Position numbers and translations under genes: made by a program. This document shows positions 37,960 to 49,200 of a stretch of DNA of 64,000 bases, piece by piece. The first letter of the stretch is position 1, and each line of letters begins with the position of its first letter. Source of the DNA: Amphiscolops sp. MND2022 (lineage: Eukaryota); contig OZ076409.1 in NCBI GenBank assembly GCA_964187785.1, forward strand, positions 3,784,001-3,848,000. Reading direction: 5' to 3'. The notes under the pieces were generated by a model, which saw only the letters and a program-made list of their open reading frames with translations, was not told where the DNA came from and did no database searches.

Positions 37960-38636
37960 TTTTTAGTCGGCGCTTCATGAAGTGAAACGCGACTATTATA
38001 GTGACTCTTTTTTTTTCTATCCACACGAACTGACCAAAATAGTTCTAAAAAAGTTCTACAAAATATTATTGCATCAAAATGCACTATTTGGTGTAGCGAA
38101 CTGAACCAAAAAGGTTTTTCCTGTTTTTCCGCGTAACATACCATACCGGGCGAGACCAAAGACTCCCCCCTTTCATTTTTTTTCGGCACTGCGAGACTTT
38201 TTTCTCGAAAAACAAAATTTTCCCCAAAGGGTCCCCCCTGCATTTTTTTGATGTTTTGCGACCGAATGGATATTGAAAAACCACAAAGGTCCCCCTTTCA
38301 GTTTTTTTCGGCATTGTCAGATTTTTCCCGAAAATAAAAATTTTTGTTTTCTTCAATTTTTTCATGTTTTGCGACAGAATGGATGTTGAAAAACCACAAA
38401 GGGTCCCCCCTTTCAGTTTTTTGGCATTGTTAGACTTTAGCGCGCCAGGGGCTCGCCCTAGCGAGCCCCGGTGCGCCACTCGGTCCATTTTTTTGAGTAT
38501 GTAATTTTTTCGAAAATTTTTTTTTCAAAAAATTTCGATTTTCGAGTACTGTAAAAGAGTACTTGACACCTGGAAGTCTTTTTGAGATTTTTGAGCCTTG
38601 GATATGGCGCCGACTTGGGCCCGTCCCGCCTTTTTT
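37960..38636 (+). mobile_element. Helentron-type non-autonomous element
   Basis: 5' tttttagtcggcgctt ... 3' ggcgccgacttgggcccgtcccgcctttt. Confidence 0.7.
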
Positions 38637-38659
38637 ACAATTTCCATAGCCATTTCTAT

Positions 38660-39853
38660 CCTCTATTGTCATTTATGAGTAAAGTGAGGTTCGAGCGATG
38701 TCATGAATTCTTCATGGCCATAATCTGAAACAGATCTTATCAAGAGGATCATGGTTTTCCTAATCCCCAATCAGCGTGAAAACATTTACAACTATTGACG
38801 AAGGTATTGCGATACAAGACTGGTTGACCAAAATTCTATCAGTGGGGTTTTTTAAGACTATCCCGTAATCGTTTACAAATTATCGCAAGATCTCAAATTC
38901 TTGAGAAACTGCAAACAACATCATTGTTTCTTCCTCAGCTGCTGATATTACCACCGTTGTCTGTAACTTAGAACGTTAATTAGAATAATAGTTCCTGCTT
39001 CTGAGTTTAAAAAGAAGCAAAAACATCTGGTGACTGCATGTTATCAAACCCTCTTAACTAATCAGCATCACTAGTCAACATTACATCAGTTTCCTTCAGT
39101 TTGTGGCATTTAAGTACCTCGAAAAGAGTTTTCATTATAACCAAGGTTTCCGGCCCGGATTTTGAACCTACTGCTCTGAGAGGAAAACTTCATCAGGACT
39201 TTGCGTTGTAATTAAATCAACTAATCTTTTCGCGAAAATAACAATTACTAAACTTCTTTTGTTCTCGAATGACTTCATTAGGAATGCACGACCCCTCGAA
39301 TTTTTGTTTTTCAGTAACAGGCGTTAAAAATCAATTGGCATCCTTCATTCGAAAACTTTCAAGTCCTTATTTGATGTAATTTTGATGGAAATATTCCAGA
39401 GTTGCTCTTTCATGTCTACTTCACATACCTAGAAGCTAATTCAAGTCTTCCGCGTGACTGATACAGAGTTTTTTGCAAGTCTTTTCTTTAACCCTTCGCA
39501 GACGTCAACGTCGTCGCTACATAAAACCAATTCATCTACCCAACTTGCGACGAAGTCCTTATGACCGTTTCGTTCACTAAAGATAAAACATGGTTCATTT
39601 GGGCTCGGCTTGAACTGAATGCTAGGCAAAAAGTCACTTTTGCTAATCAAAAAATGTAATGAACGAGTTGCCCACAGTTAGTTCCAATCCATGAAGTGAT
39701 TTTTTAAAGTCTACATACATAGTTTTACCAGTTTACATTTTTCTTGACTAATCCGGATGACTGATATAAAACAAATACTTCTGCGATGCCTGCTTTCAAG
39801 AAGGTAGTTGTAGTTTTCAAGTGTTCCAAATTCATTTCGTTTTGAACAGCCAA
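38660..39853 (-). pseudogene. Ancient Ty1/Copia RT-RNaseH remnant (continues at 54659-54800, interrupted by the Gypsy element)
   Basis: Broken frames: LAVQNEMNLEHL..TTFLKAGI, YVCRL, EPCFIF...FVASWVDELVL, SDAD; the far side reads PVKVLTVRVLLRLA. Confidence 0.7.
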
Positions 39854-41374
39854 TGTCGCGGCCACAGCGTTGCGATGGGTCCGGTGTGCACCAGTAAGAA
39901 AACAAACAACGCTTGTTAAAAACTTCCAAAACCCAAGGACTCATTTGCAAGTCATGTAGTTTGTTTGTTTTGTAAATATTTGTTGTAATCAGGGTCATTT
40001 AGTTGATTTATTTTGTAAAACTGATGTCTTAAAATGATTTGCCAAACCTTAAGAGGATTTAATGATGTTTTTAATTATTCCTGATGATCCTAATGCAGTG
40101 CTAATAGTTCATTTTAATTAAGCAGTACCAATTGTATACGACATTGTGCGTTTTGAGTGCTAATGAGTATGCGGTACTATGCGCATATGCATCTTTCTGA
40201 TTTTCACTATGCGTCACTATGCGGTTTGAACAGTGACATTTACTCGACACTATGCATCTTTCTAACTTTCATTATACGTCACTATGCGGTTTGAACAGTG
40301 ACATTTACTCGACACTATGCATTTTTCATTATACGTCATCCTGCGGTCTGAGGAACAATGAGTGCTCGGTACTATACGTTTTTCGATATGCTTGCTTTAA
40401 TATGAAGGATTAACTTTGCATTTCCATATACAGTAGTATAAGTCCATGATATATCATTGTTTAACACCTTTCTAGGGTATTATAAACCTCGTTATCATTT
40501 CTGAATGTCATGGAAGGTAACTCATGAGATATAAATAGGATGACGACATTCTGACGAAGTGCTATTATTAGTTTTTCCTAAGAATGATGCTTGTAAAATT
40601 GCGTGTCATCTTTTGTAATTTTGTACTTTCTTGGGGAAAAAAGAGCTAACACAACTGATATAACTTTCTTCAGAACCAGTTTGTTCTCTGATAACGATTA
40701 CAATCTTTGTGCTACATTTTGGGATCTTTGAACATTTCAAATTGATTTCCTTTGAATATTTGCCTTCAATTCAAATTCTTGACCCTGCAAAACAATCATT
40801 TTCTCTTGAGCGAAAATGGGCAATAAGAGAAGTAGAAGGTCTAGAAGACTAGAAACTCCTTCCCCTAGCAGAGAAGAAGGTGTTGAAACTCCAAACCCAG
40901 GTAATATGACTTTAACTAATTCCAACTTAGTTGACCAAGAAAACTTAGGTCCCAATATCTTGGAGAATCAAATAACTGAACCCAGCGTAATTAGCAATGA
41001 AATACAAGTTTGGACACAAGAAATGGAAAAGAGAAACAATGACAGAATAGAGAAAATGAGGGAGGAGATTGATAATAAATTCGATGCAATCTTAAGAGAA
41101 ATCAAAACTAGTAAAAATGCATCTACAATCACAAACCCAAGATCAGAATCTAATGAAACACAAAACAATCAGCCGTCGGGATCCAGAAATAGGTCTATAG
41201 GAGTTCGCGCATCAGAAAATGAAAACTCTGATTCTGAAAATGAAGATAATCATCCCATCAGAGCATCGAACATGCATGAATTAAGAGACCCAGCAAGACC
41301 CTTTTGCCAAAATAGATTTGAACTAGATGAAACATTAGTTTCAAATGAAGACTCTGAGGAGGAGGATTATCACA
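39854..41374 (+). repeat. 5' LTR (1521 bp)
   Basis: Direct repeat of 53133-54653; TGTCGC...TATCACA; TATA-like TATAAATA near 40530. Confidence 0.95.
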
Positions 41375-44300
41375 TGGTGACAGGAGCTAACCCAGACCTC
41401 AATATTCACCACGATTCACCTATTAAAAATCATGTCACTATCAAAACTTCTTGCAATGATCAAAAACAACCCCTTCTAAATGAAGACCTAGCTGAACACC
41501 TACAATTTGACAAAGAACGCAACTTGTCATACCTACCAATTTCAACATCCTTGACATTGAAGCGCAAACGACATATATACTACATTCCAATGGACTTCCA
41601 AAACCTCACACTTGATGGTCTTATTGACACAGGAGCTCTCACAAGTGCAATCTCCGAACAAGACCTCTATAAAATCAAATTGCTCGCAAACGATGCGATA
41701 AAAGAAACTGGTCCTCCACCAAACTTTCAAATTATGGTGGCAAATGGACAACTAGAAGTCCCCATTGGTACAATATTACTAGAGTTCGAAGTCGCAGACT
41801 TCATGTTAAAGGAAAACTTCATCATCATGAAAACTCTACCAAACCCGCTCATCGGATTGTGTTTCCTTCGCCGAAACAATGCAATTTTCGATGTCACACA
41901 AGGAATCTTAACCTTTCCTTACCTCTCAATGCAACTGAAACCCGATACCCAAACAGCAATACGGCAAGCAACACCATTGTTTGCAGAAAATACCTACACA
42001 CTCAGGCCAGGCGAAACACTCGCTATAGCAAGCAAAATGCCTCACCTGATGGACCATAATGCAACCGGAATAGTCACTCCATCACAACAATTTGAAAACC
42101 ACGATAGTATTTTTATTACAGCATCACTTAGCACAGTTAATAATAATGCTATCGGCTACCAGATCATCATTTTTTCAGAATTGCCATATACAATAACCAC
42201 TGACACCCATTTAGCGGATTTCAAAATTCTGACCCCAGAACAAATCAAACACATCCAACCAGTAGACCCAGCAGTACTATCGTTTATGATACAACATGAA
42301 GAAACCACCGAAGTCTACATCAACGAACTACTCAAAGTACCACAACCAAATTCTGAACAAGAATCGTACTGGTTTCCTACCCCAGACGACCCAGGCGATC
42401 CCGCAACATATACTCCAATACAACAACGTATATACAATGAACTTCTTGAGTTAAAAGAACTCGAAAAACTGAATCCACATGATAATGAAACATCCAGGAA
42501 AACATTCCTCTCAAATTTCGACTGGACAGATACAACACTTAGTTCAGAAGAACGACAAGAGATTGAAGAGATTCTGGTCGAATTCCACGACATTTTCGCC
42601 AGACATCGCTTTGATATCGGTATAAACCGCGAATTCAAAGTCAAATTAACACCCAACGACGACAGACCAGCTTACAACCAGAGTCTGCCAACTCCAATCA
42701 ACCTCAAAGATGACATCACAGTAGAACTTGCGCTTCTACACAAGTACGGTATAATCACAACTCTACCGTTTTCCAAATATGCAAGCCCGATTTTTGCACA
42801 ACGCAAACCAAACGGGCGCCTTAGACTCCTAGTTGACCTCCGGAAAATCAATAATCTTATCACTGAAGATTACGCCAATAATAACCACCCGGTAAGCACC
42901 CTATCTGATGCAGCCCAACACATGGCAGGAAAAAAGCTTTTCTGCAAACTGGATTGCTCCCAGGCTTACCACTGCCTCCAAATGGCCGACTACCAATCTA
43001 TCCAAATGCTCGCGTTTAACTTTGCAAGCAGAACATTTGCTTATCGACGCCTTGCCCAGGGTCTCAGTCGATCTCTCTCCGCATTTTCCAGCTTCATGAG
43101 AGAATACCTAGACAGAGCAATTAAAGCAGATCAATGTGCCCAATATGTCGATGATATCGGCATAGCAGCAAACGACACAAAACAATTGTGTATAAACATC
43201 AAAAAAACTGTTTTTGAATGCATCCGGAACGCCGGACTGAAACTCTCCATGTCGAAATGTCATTTCGGAGTCAAACAAGTCGACTTTTTGGGACGCACAA
43301 TCACACCAGATGGAGTTGCCCCTCAAGCCGACAAAGTGAAAGATTTTTTGGCAAAACTCAAATTCCCAAAATCAAAAAAGGCACTTCAAAGGTATATCGG
43401 ATTCTTGAATTATTACCGAAACTATATACCTCGCCTTTCAGAACGACTCACCCCGTTTTTCAAACTCCTCAAAGAAACCTCCAAATTTTATGTCCCTACA
43501 AACTTGGTCGAAGACTTTACAAACCTCAATCAACTTTTGGAAAATTCTTGCCAACTCGCGCTGAAACAACCCTTGAAAGACAAACAACTCATAGTCATGT
43601 CCGATGCAAGCTTCACAGCTGCAGGATATGCCATCATGATTGAAGACGATCCCAACCAGAAGCTTCAATCCAAACGAAAAACCTACGCACCCATTGCGTT
43701 TGGATCAAAAACGTTCAATCCAACACAAACGAAAATGTCAATTTATGCAAAAGAATTCCTCTCAATATATTTTGCATTCGTAGAGTTTGGACACCTCATG
43801 TGGGGGAGTACCTACCCTGTCATCGTGTTCACGGATAATCGGTCTGTAACCCGGTTTTTTCAAACGAAAATGATTCCTCCAGCGCTTTGGAATGCATGCG
43901 ATTATGTACTACAATACAATTTTGTAATCGCCCATGTAGCTGGATCGATGAACACAGCCGCCGATTTCTTATCTAGAACCGAAAGTAACCCAACCGAAAA
44001 GCTCGAAATGACAATTCGCAACGATATTCACACAAAAGCAATTGAAGTGAATATACAATCAACTGGAATTGTCGAAGAAGAACAAATTTACATCCTTCCT
44101 GATGAAGAAATCGATGAAAATCAACTATGGGAAGAAAAACAAAACACTCGCAATCAAGCACAAAACGAAACTCACAATGACCCAGAGAACGACGTCTCTG
44201 AATTACAGCAATTTCACAAACCCACATCCGGATTGATCTCCTGCTCCTCTGGACACTTCAAGGACAATGCGAGGAAACGCCTTGAACAGAACAATGACAT

Positions 44301-46050
44301 AGTCCTTCGAAACCTGAGAGCCAAAATAGAAGGCGAACCGTTTGATGAAAACGAATTAGCTTCCGATTTCAGATATCAACACTACTTACAAAACATAACA
44401 CGAATCGAGATTAAACACGAAGTTCTCACACGCAAATACTATACAGATACAGGAATGATCTCGCATTATCAAATCCTCTTACCAATCCAACTTCTTGAAG
44501 AACTACTTCAAGCCCTCCATGGACATAACTCAAACCATCCAGGAATTACCAAGATGATTCAAGAAACACGTCAAAAATATTACTACCCATGTATGGCCAA
44601 ATACATAAAGAAATGGGTCAGTAATTGTCAGATTTGTATACAAACAAAACGTATCAACAATGATCTCCTCAGAACCGAACTCCTTAATTGTCCCGAATGG
44701 GACCTTGGACCGGAAGACATCTTACAGATGGATATTTTGCCAAACCTCCCCCCAAGCGGAGGCTACGATCACATCATCACAGCAATAGATGTCTTCTCAA
44801 GGTATTTGTTTGCTTATCCTGTGACTCGAATTACCGCAACAGCAGTTTCAAAAGTCATAATGGATATCTTATGCAAACACACCTACCTTCCAACAACTAT
44901 AATCACGGATCTAGGCACTCAATTCAACGCACAAGTCACTCATGAAATTGCGGCAGTGCTTGGAATCGAAATGAAACATGCCACAATGAAACATGCACAA
45001 ACCATAGGACTCTTAGAAAGAACCCATGCCTCAGTTAAAACACACCTAAAAGCCGCCACAGGCGAATTCAGGAACAACTGGCACAAATATCTTCCTCTAG
45101 CAGTCCTTAATCATAACACAACATACCATGCATCACTCGGTTGTGAACCCTCACGAGTTTTCCATGGCCGCATACCACACAATATCCTTGACTACAAACT
45201 TGGATACAATCCAAATCCGAGGTATCAACCACAAACTGACATTGCAGAAGAAATTCAAAAGCGCATGAGAACACTTTTAGACCAAACCAAAAAGATAATC
45301 ATGCAATCTTACCTAAAATACAAGGCCTACTACGATAGAAAAGCAAAAGCAGCCCCGTTGGAGACAACAGATTACTGCTATATTCTTAATCCAAAAGCCG
45401 ATACACAAGCAACGAAAATACCATTCCGAGAATTCAGATGGTGTGGACCTTATAAAGTTGAAAAAGTGCTCCCTAACAATAACTACATTGTGAGGAGACT
45501 TGGCACAAATAAAACCCAACTACTACATCGGATTCGTTTGCGGAAATTCACACCGCAGGCCCCTTTAGCAGACATTTTTGTTCGCGAAACCGACTGGCAA
45601 AAAGATGATCAAATGACTATAGCAAATGATGATCTATATGCCCAATCATGGAACACGAATTTTGGAGCAAATCCATTTGATGACATTCCCTCAGATGCAA
45701 TACACAATACTGAGGATACCGAATATGTCCCAATTCAAATACCCGACAATAGCCGCCCACCCTCCCCAGTATCTTCAAAAAATAGCGGGGGGAGCCCAGT
45801 GGATCAGACCACTGAACCAGATCAAAATCACGGAAATCATGCTGATGAAATCCCACAACAATCAAATGATGATAATAATACCCAAAAAACCCGAAAAGAT
45901 GTAAATAACGCAACAAACAATGATAATCAAAAAACCCCAGAAAACTCCCAAAATACCCCATTGCAAGAAGAACCCATAAATACCCGTGGTGAAAAATACA
46001 ACCTACGTCCTAACCCCAACCCAAATTACTCTGACACTTATAGATACTAG
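40816..46050 (+). CDS. pol: Gypsy polyprotein (1744 aa): LTR-encoded N-terminus, protease, RT, RNase H, integrase with GPY/F motif
   Basis: LIDTGA, LVDLRKIN, KLDCSQAY, YVDD, MSDAS, FTDNRS, H..H..CQIC, MDIL/TDLGTQF/LERTH, WCGPYKV; no stops. Confidence 0.95.
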   Translation: MGNKRSRRSRRLETPSPSREEGVETPNPGNMTLTNSNLVDQENLGPNILENQITEPSVISNEIQVWTQEMEKRNNDRIEKMREEIDNKFDAILREIKTSKNASTITNPRSESNETQNNQPSGSRNRSIGVRASENENSDSENEDNHPIRASNMHELRDPARPFCQNRFELDETLVSNEDSEEEDYHMVTGANPDLNIHHDSPIKNHVTIKTSCNDQKQPLLNEDLAEHLQFDKERNLSYLPISTSLTLKRKRHIYYIPMDFQNLTLDGLIDTGALTSAISEQDLYKIKLLANDAIKETGPPPNFQIMVANGQLEVPIGTILLEFEVADFMLKENFIIMKTLPNPLIGLCFLRRNNAIFDVTQGILTFPYLSMQLKPDTQTAIRQATPLFAENTYTLRPGETLAIASKMPHLMDHNATGIVTPSQQFENHDSIFITASLSTVNNNAIGYQIIIFSELPYTITTDTHLADFKILTPEQIKHIQPVDPAVLSFMIQHEETTEVYINELLKVPQPNSEQESYWFPTPDDPGDPATYTPIQQRIYNELLELKELEKLNPHDNETSRKTFLSNFDWTDTTLSSEERQEIEEILVEFHDIFARHRFDIGINREFKVKLTPNDDRPAYNQSLPTPINLKDDITVELALLHKYGIITTLPFSKYASPIFAQRKPNGRLRLLVDLRKINNLITEDYANNNHPVSTLSDAAQHMAGKKLFCKLDCSQAYHCLQMADYQSIQMLAFNFASRTFAYRRLAQGLSRSLSAFSSFMREYLDRAIKADQCAQYVDDIGIAANDTKQLCINIKKTVFECIRNAGLKLSMSKCHFGVKQVDFLGRTITPDGVAPQADKVKDFLAKLKFPKSKKALQRYIGFLNYYRNYIPRLSERLTPFFKLLKETSKFYVPTNLVEDFTNLNQLLENSCQLALKQPLKDKQLIVMSDASFTAAGYAIMIEDDPNQKLQSKRKTYAPIAFGSKTFNPTQTKMSIYAKEFLSIYFAFVEFGHLMWGSTYPVIVFTDNRSVTRFFQTKMIPPALWNACDYVLQYNFVIAHVAGSMNTAADFLSRTESNPTEKLEMTIRNDIHTKAIEVNIQSTGIVEEEQIYILPDEEIDENQLWEEKQNTRNQAQNETHNDPENDVSELQQFHKPTSGLISCSSGHFKDNARKRLEQNNDIVLRNLRAKIEGEPFDENELASDFRYQHYLQNITRIEIKHEVLTRKYYTDTGMISHYQILLPIQLLEELLQALHGHNSNHPGITKMIQETRQKYYYPCMAKYIKKWVSNCQICIQTKRINNDLLRTELLNCPEWDLGPEDILQMDILPNLPPSGGYDHIITAIDVFSRYLFAYPVTRITATAVSKVIMDILCKHTYLPTTIITDLGTQFNAQVTHEIAAVLGIEMKHATMKHAQTIGLLERTHASVKTHLKAATGEFRNNWHKYLPLAVLNHNTTYHASLGCEPSRVFHGRIPHNILDYKLGYNPNPRYQPQTDIAEEIQKRMRTLLDQTKKIIMQSYLKYKAYYDRKAKAAPLETTDYCYILNPKADTQATKIPFREFRWCGPYKVEKVLPNNNYIVRRLGTNKTQLLHRIRLRKFTPQAPLADIFVRETDWQKDDQMTIANDDLYAQSWNTNFGANPFDDIPSDAIHNTEDTEYVPIQIPDNSRPPSPVSSKNSGGSPVDQTTEPDQNHGNHADEIPQQSNDDNNTQKTRKDVNNATNNDNQKTPENSQNTPLQEEPINTRGEKYNLRPNPNPNYSDTYRY

Positions 46051-46268
46051 AAACAACTGACAATCCCTGACTCATTACTAGTACTCAGAAAACAAATACA
46101 GAAGAAACTCTCTTTTTTATCCTTCCTTTTTCAAATCAGCACTACGAGTGCGTTTCTTCATCCTGTTCTCCGATTCCTTTAACAAATAAATACACAGGAT
46201 ACAGAGTAACTCAACAACCAGAAAACTAAAAGAAGATTATAAATACAACAAGATAATGCAGACAACAG

Positions 46269-49200
46269 TCAGTTTTTCTTGCTTTTCGGAGCTTTAGCAA
46301 CCACTCTCTTTGAAGTGCCCTCTTGGGTCGACTCTGAGCAACGACTAAGACTAACATTGAGTGTACCCAATGAAGGATCAGGGGATGGGGAACTATGTAC
46401 ACTGCTGCGGCGACTCACACTTGGAGTTGTTGAAGTAGAGGAAACGGTAGGTTTCTCAGCACGTAGCACAGCTTGTCGGTAACCAGTTTCCAATTTACCT
46501 TGGAGAGAAGTTTTCCGGGCATTGCTTCCCTTCAGGAAATTCCAAACCGAGAACTTTTTGTCCAACAACAAATCAGTCCCACGTCCCAACAGGCGAAAAG
46601 CACGGCTGATCGCTTTGGAATTTCGAAATAAGCTGGAGACGTGTGGCACAGTCTGATATGCTACCTGAAGACTAAACACACAAGATTCAAACGTATGTTT
46701 ATCCGACTCAAGATCTGGCATAGGTACCTTGAATGATGGCGGTATTTCCACGAATGGAACTAAACAAAGACACGAATGTTTGAATAGTCGCATCAACTCG
46801 GGTCTACACTGGATTTCATAATGTTCAACGACAAACTGAATCCAATCATCATGCTCTGGTACGTGGCTTGTCCTCAGCTTGGTTACGAAGGAACGATACT
46901 GGCTTATCTGCTTCACCTTGTCACTAGAAGAGAATAGTCCGGTAGAAACAAAATGTGAAGACAACTTTTCAATCGCATCAACATACACGTCTTCTGGGCT
47001 CTCGAGCATCACCGAGGAGTCAAAAGCAGAGAGTCCCCGCAACAACTTTGACTTTACAATCCCGTGACCCATCAACTGTTTGCAATAAGCCTTGCAGAAA
47101 CTCACTGACTGGTCAATAAATTTGCTTGGCCGAGGGAGTTTACTTGAATACACCAAACGGTGAAAATCCTCATTCAAGACGAAGTCGTCTGCTGTTTTAA
47201 ACGGCAAATTAGTTGAATCCAGGTCCAAATTAAGATAAGAATCCCATTCCGAGATATTTCCCAAAATGCTGTCAGGAAGAATGTTCTGCATCTGACTGTA
47301 GATAAAAACCGCAAATTGGTTGTATATGCGGAACCCTCCATCAAGTCGTTTCTGTATGTCCGAAAACGCCGAAGTATCTAAAACACACAAAAATCATCTA
47401 TTATAGAAACCACGCATGCCTTCATGAAGAAGAGAACTAATCACGCATAGTACACGCTTTTGATAAGCTTGATTAAACACATCATATAGCTCAATGTATA
47501 AACACCAGGGCTATACGGCTTTACGCGGTTCAGAGAACAATGAATACTCGACACTATGTTGAGTAGGAGATATTGACTATGCGGCACTATGCGGAATGTG
47601 TAGTAGTGACTATGCGTCACTATGCGGAATGTGTAGTAGTGACTATGCGTCACTATGCGGAATGTATAGTAGTGACTATGCGTCACTATGCGGAACGAGT
47701 AGTAGTGATTATACGTCACTATGCGGAATCAGCAATGCAGCTGGATTTGGGAGTTCTGAGCAAATACGATTGGTCATACGCAATTATGCGGATTGAGAAC
47801 TGATGATTACTCGTGATTATTCAGAAGAAAACAAAAAGCACGTGTCACTTATGATGAGTTAAATGAATGACAATCCTGATGTTCGAAGTTTTGGAATGAG
47901 ATGGTACTTATAGTACATTACTCCAAAAAGAGGAAAACAACGTAACGAAAGATGAAACCGCTGTTATAGTATAAAGATAAATTGACTAACAATGGTCAAG
48001 GACACATCTGATAATGAACAGACGGGCCAGATAAGCTGTGTCTAGACGAAAACACTCGTCCAGCGTATTGGGCTGAAAGGGAAAAGATTAAGAAATGGAT
48101 TCAGATTACAATGGAAGGAGCTGGGATAATAATACCTACCTCTCTCATATGGAATCGATAGATAGGAAGGCGTGCAACTTGTTCTAGGTGATCCTGCACG
48201 TGATTCCAGTTGTTGGAAAGCTGCTCAATCAAAGAAGAAGCTTCAGAAAGGGAATAGCTCAAGTTTGTCACACACTAAACAAAATAGGGGAAGATGTGCA
48301 AAACATCACAATGGAAAAGAAAAAAAACCAAAGTTGAAAACCTACTTTGTGCAGAAGGGGTAATTTCTCCAGCCAATCTCTGTCTAGCGCAGTCCGCAAT
48401 TTCATCAGTAAATAATCCAAGATAGAACGGAAATCGTGTCGTTCTATGACCTGAGCGGTAGGGCCTGCTAATGTTCGCTCAAATTCGTTCGGTCCAAATG
48501 GGTTGACAGTCGAAGGGGGCTTTAATCCGGGCAAACAAGACGATAGACAATCATTTAATTTGTCACTGAATCCAATGAGGGATACACAATTTGGGAATGT
48601 TTCGAACAGACTGAGAAAGGAAGCCACGAGAGAAAGGACTTTCCTTGGTAATAACATTCCCCGAGGGGCGCCCCCTATGCACACTCGATACAGCACATTC
48701 TCGGCCCAAAAGCAAAGAATAACGTATGTGGCAACAGGAGTATGTTGTATGGCCAATGAATAGTACCCCGAAGAAGATATAGACCGTACACAATAGTCCA
48801 TGAGTTCTCGGAACATGTAGACTATGATACCCTGCAAACAAAGAAAGTGTTAAGGTATTGGAAAATGGGGAAACCTTCAACTTATAGTGTAACTTCAAGG
48901 TAATTGAAACTTTTAACGAAGGAGAAAGAATATGGTTAAATCATTGTGTGTTAAAAAATTCACAAAGAAACTTACGAAAAGACGTTCATTGCTCCAGTTC
49001 TGATACGATAGCCGATCACTTGCTGTAAGTCTGACCAACTCGTCATACATTCCGGTCAAACTGGCGACGTTACCTCCGTGCCTTAACCCAAATTCCAGAA
49101 TGTTTATCTGCGAGAATATCTTCTCAGTTGGGGTTGTGGAAGCACTAAAATCGGGTACTGAATCTTGTCCTACTAGAGGTCGGTACGTATCCAATTGAGG

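Larger units (their letters stand above)
32184..38533 (+). repeat. Tandem duplication, units about 32184-35637 and 35638-38533
   Basis: Colinear high-identity copies; unit 2 lacks the 548-bp MITE present in unit 1. Confidence 0.9.

Noticed and set aside
47572..47730. CRISPR-like array, or the repetitive ORFs 47441-47803 as proteins
   Set aside because: Plain 33-bp tandem repeat in an intron; the ORFs arise because the unit length is a multiple of three
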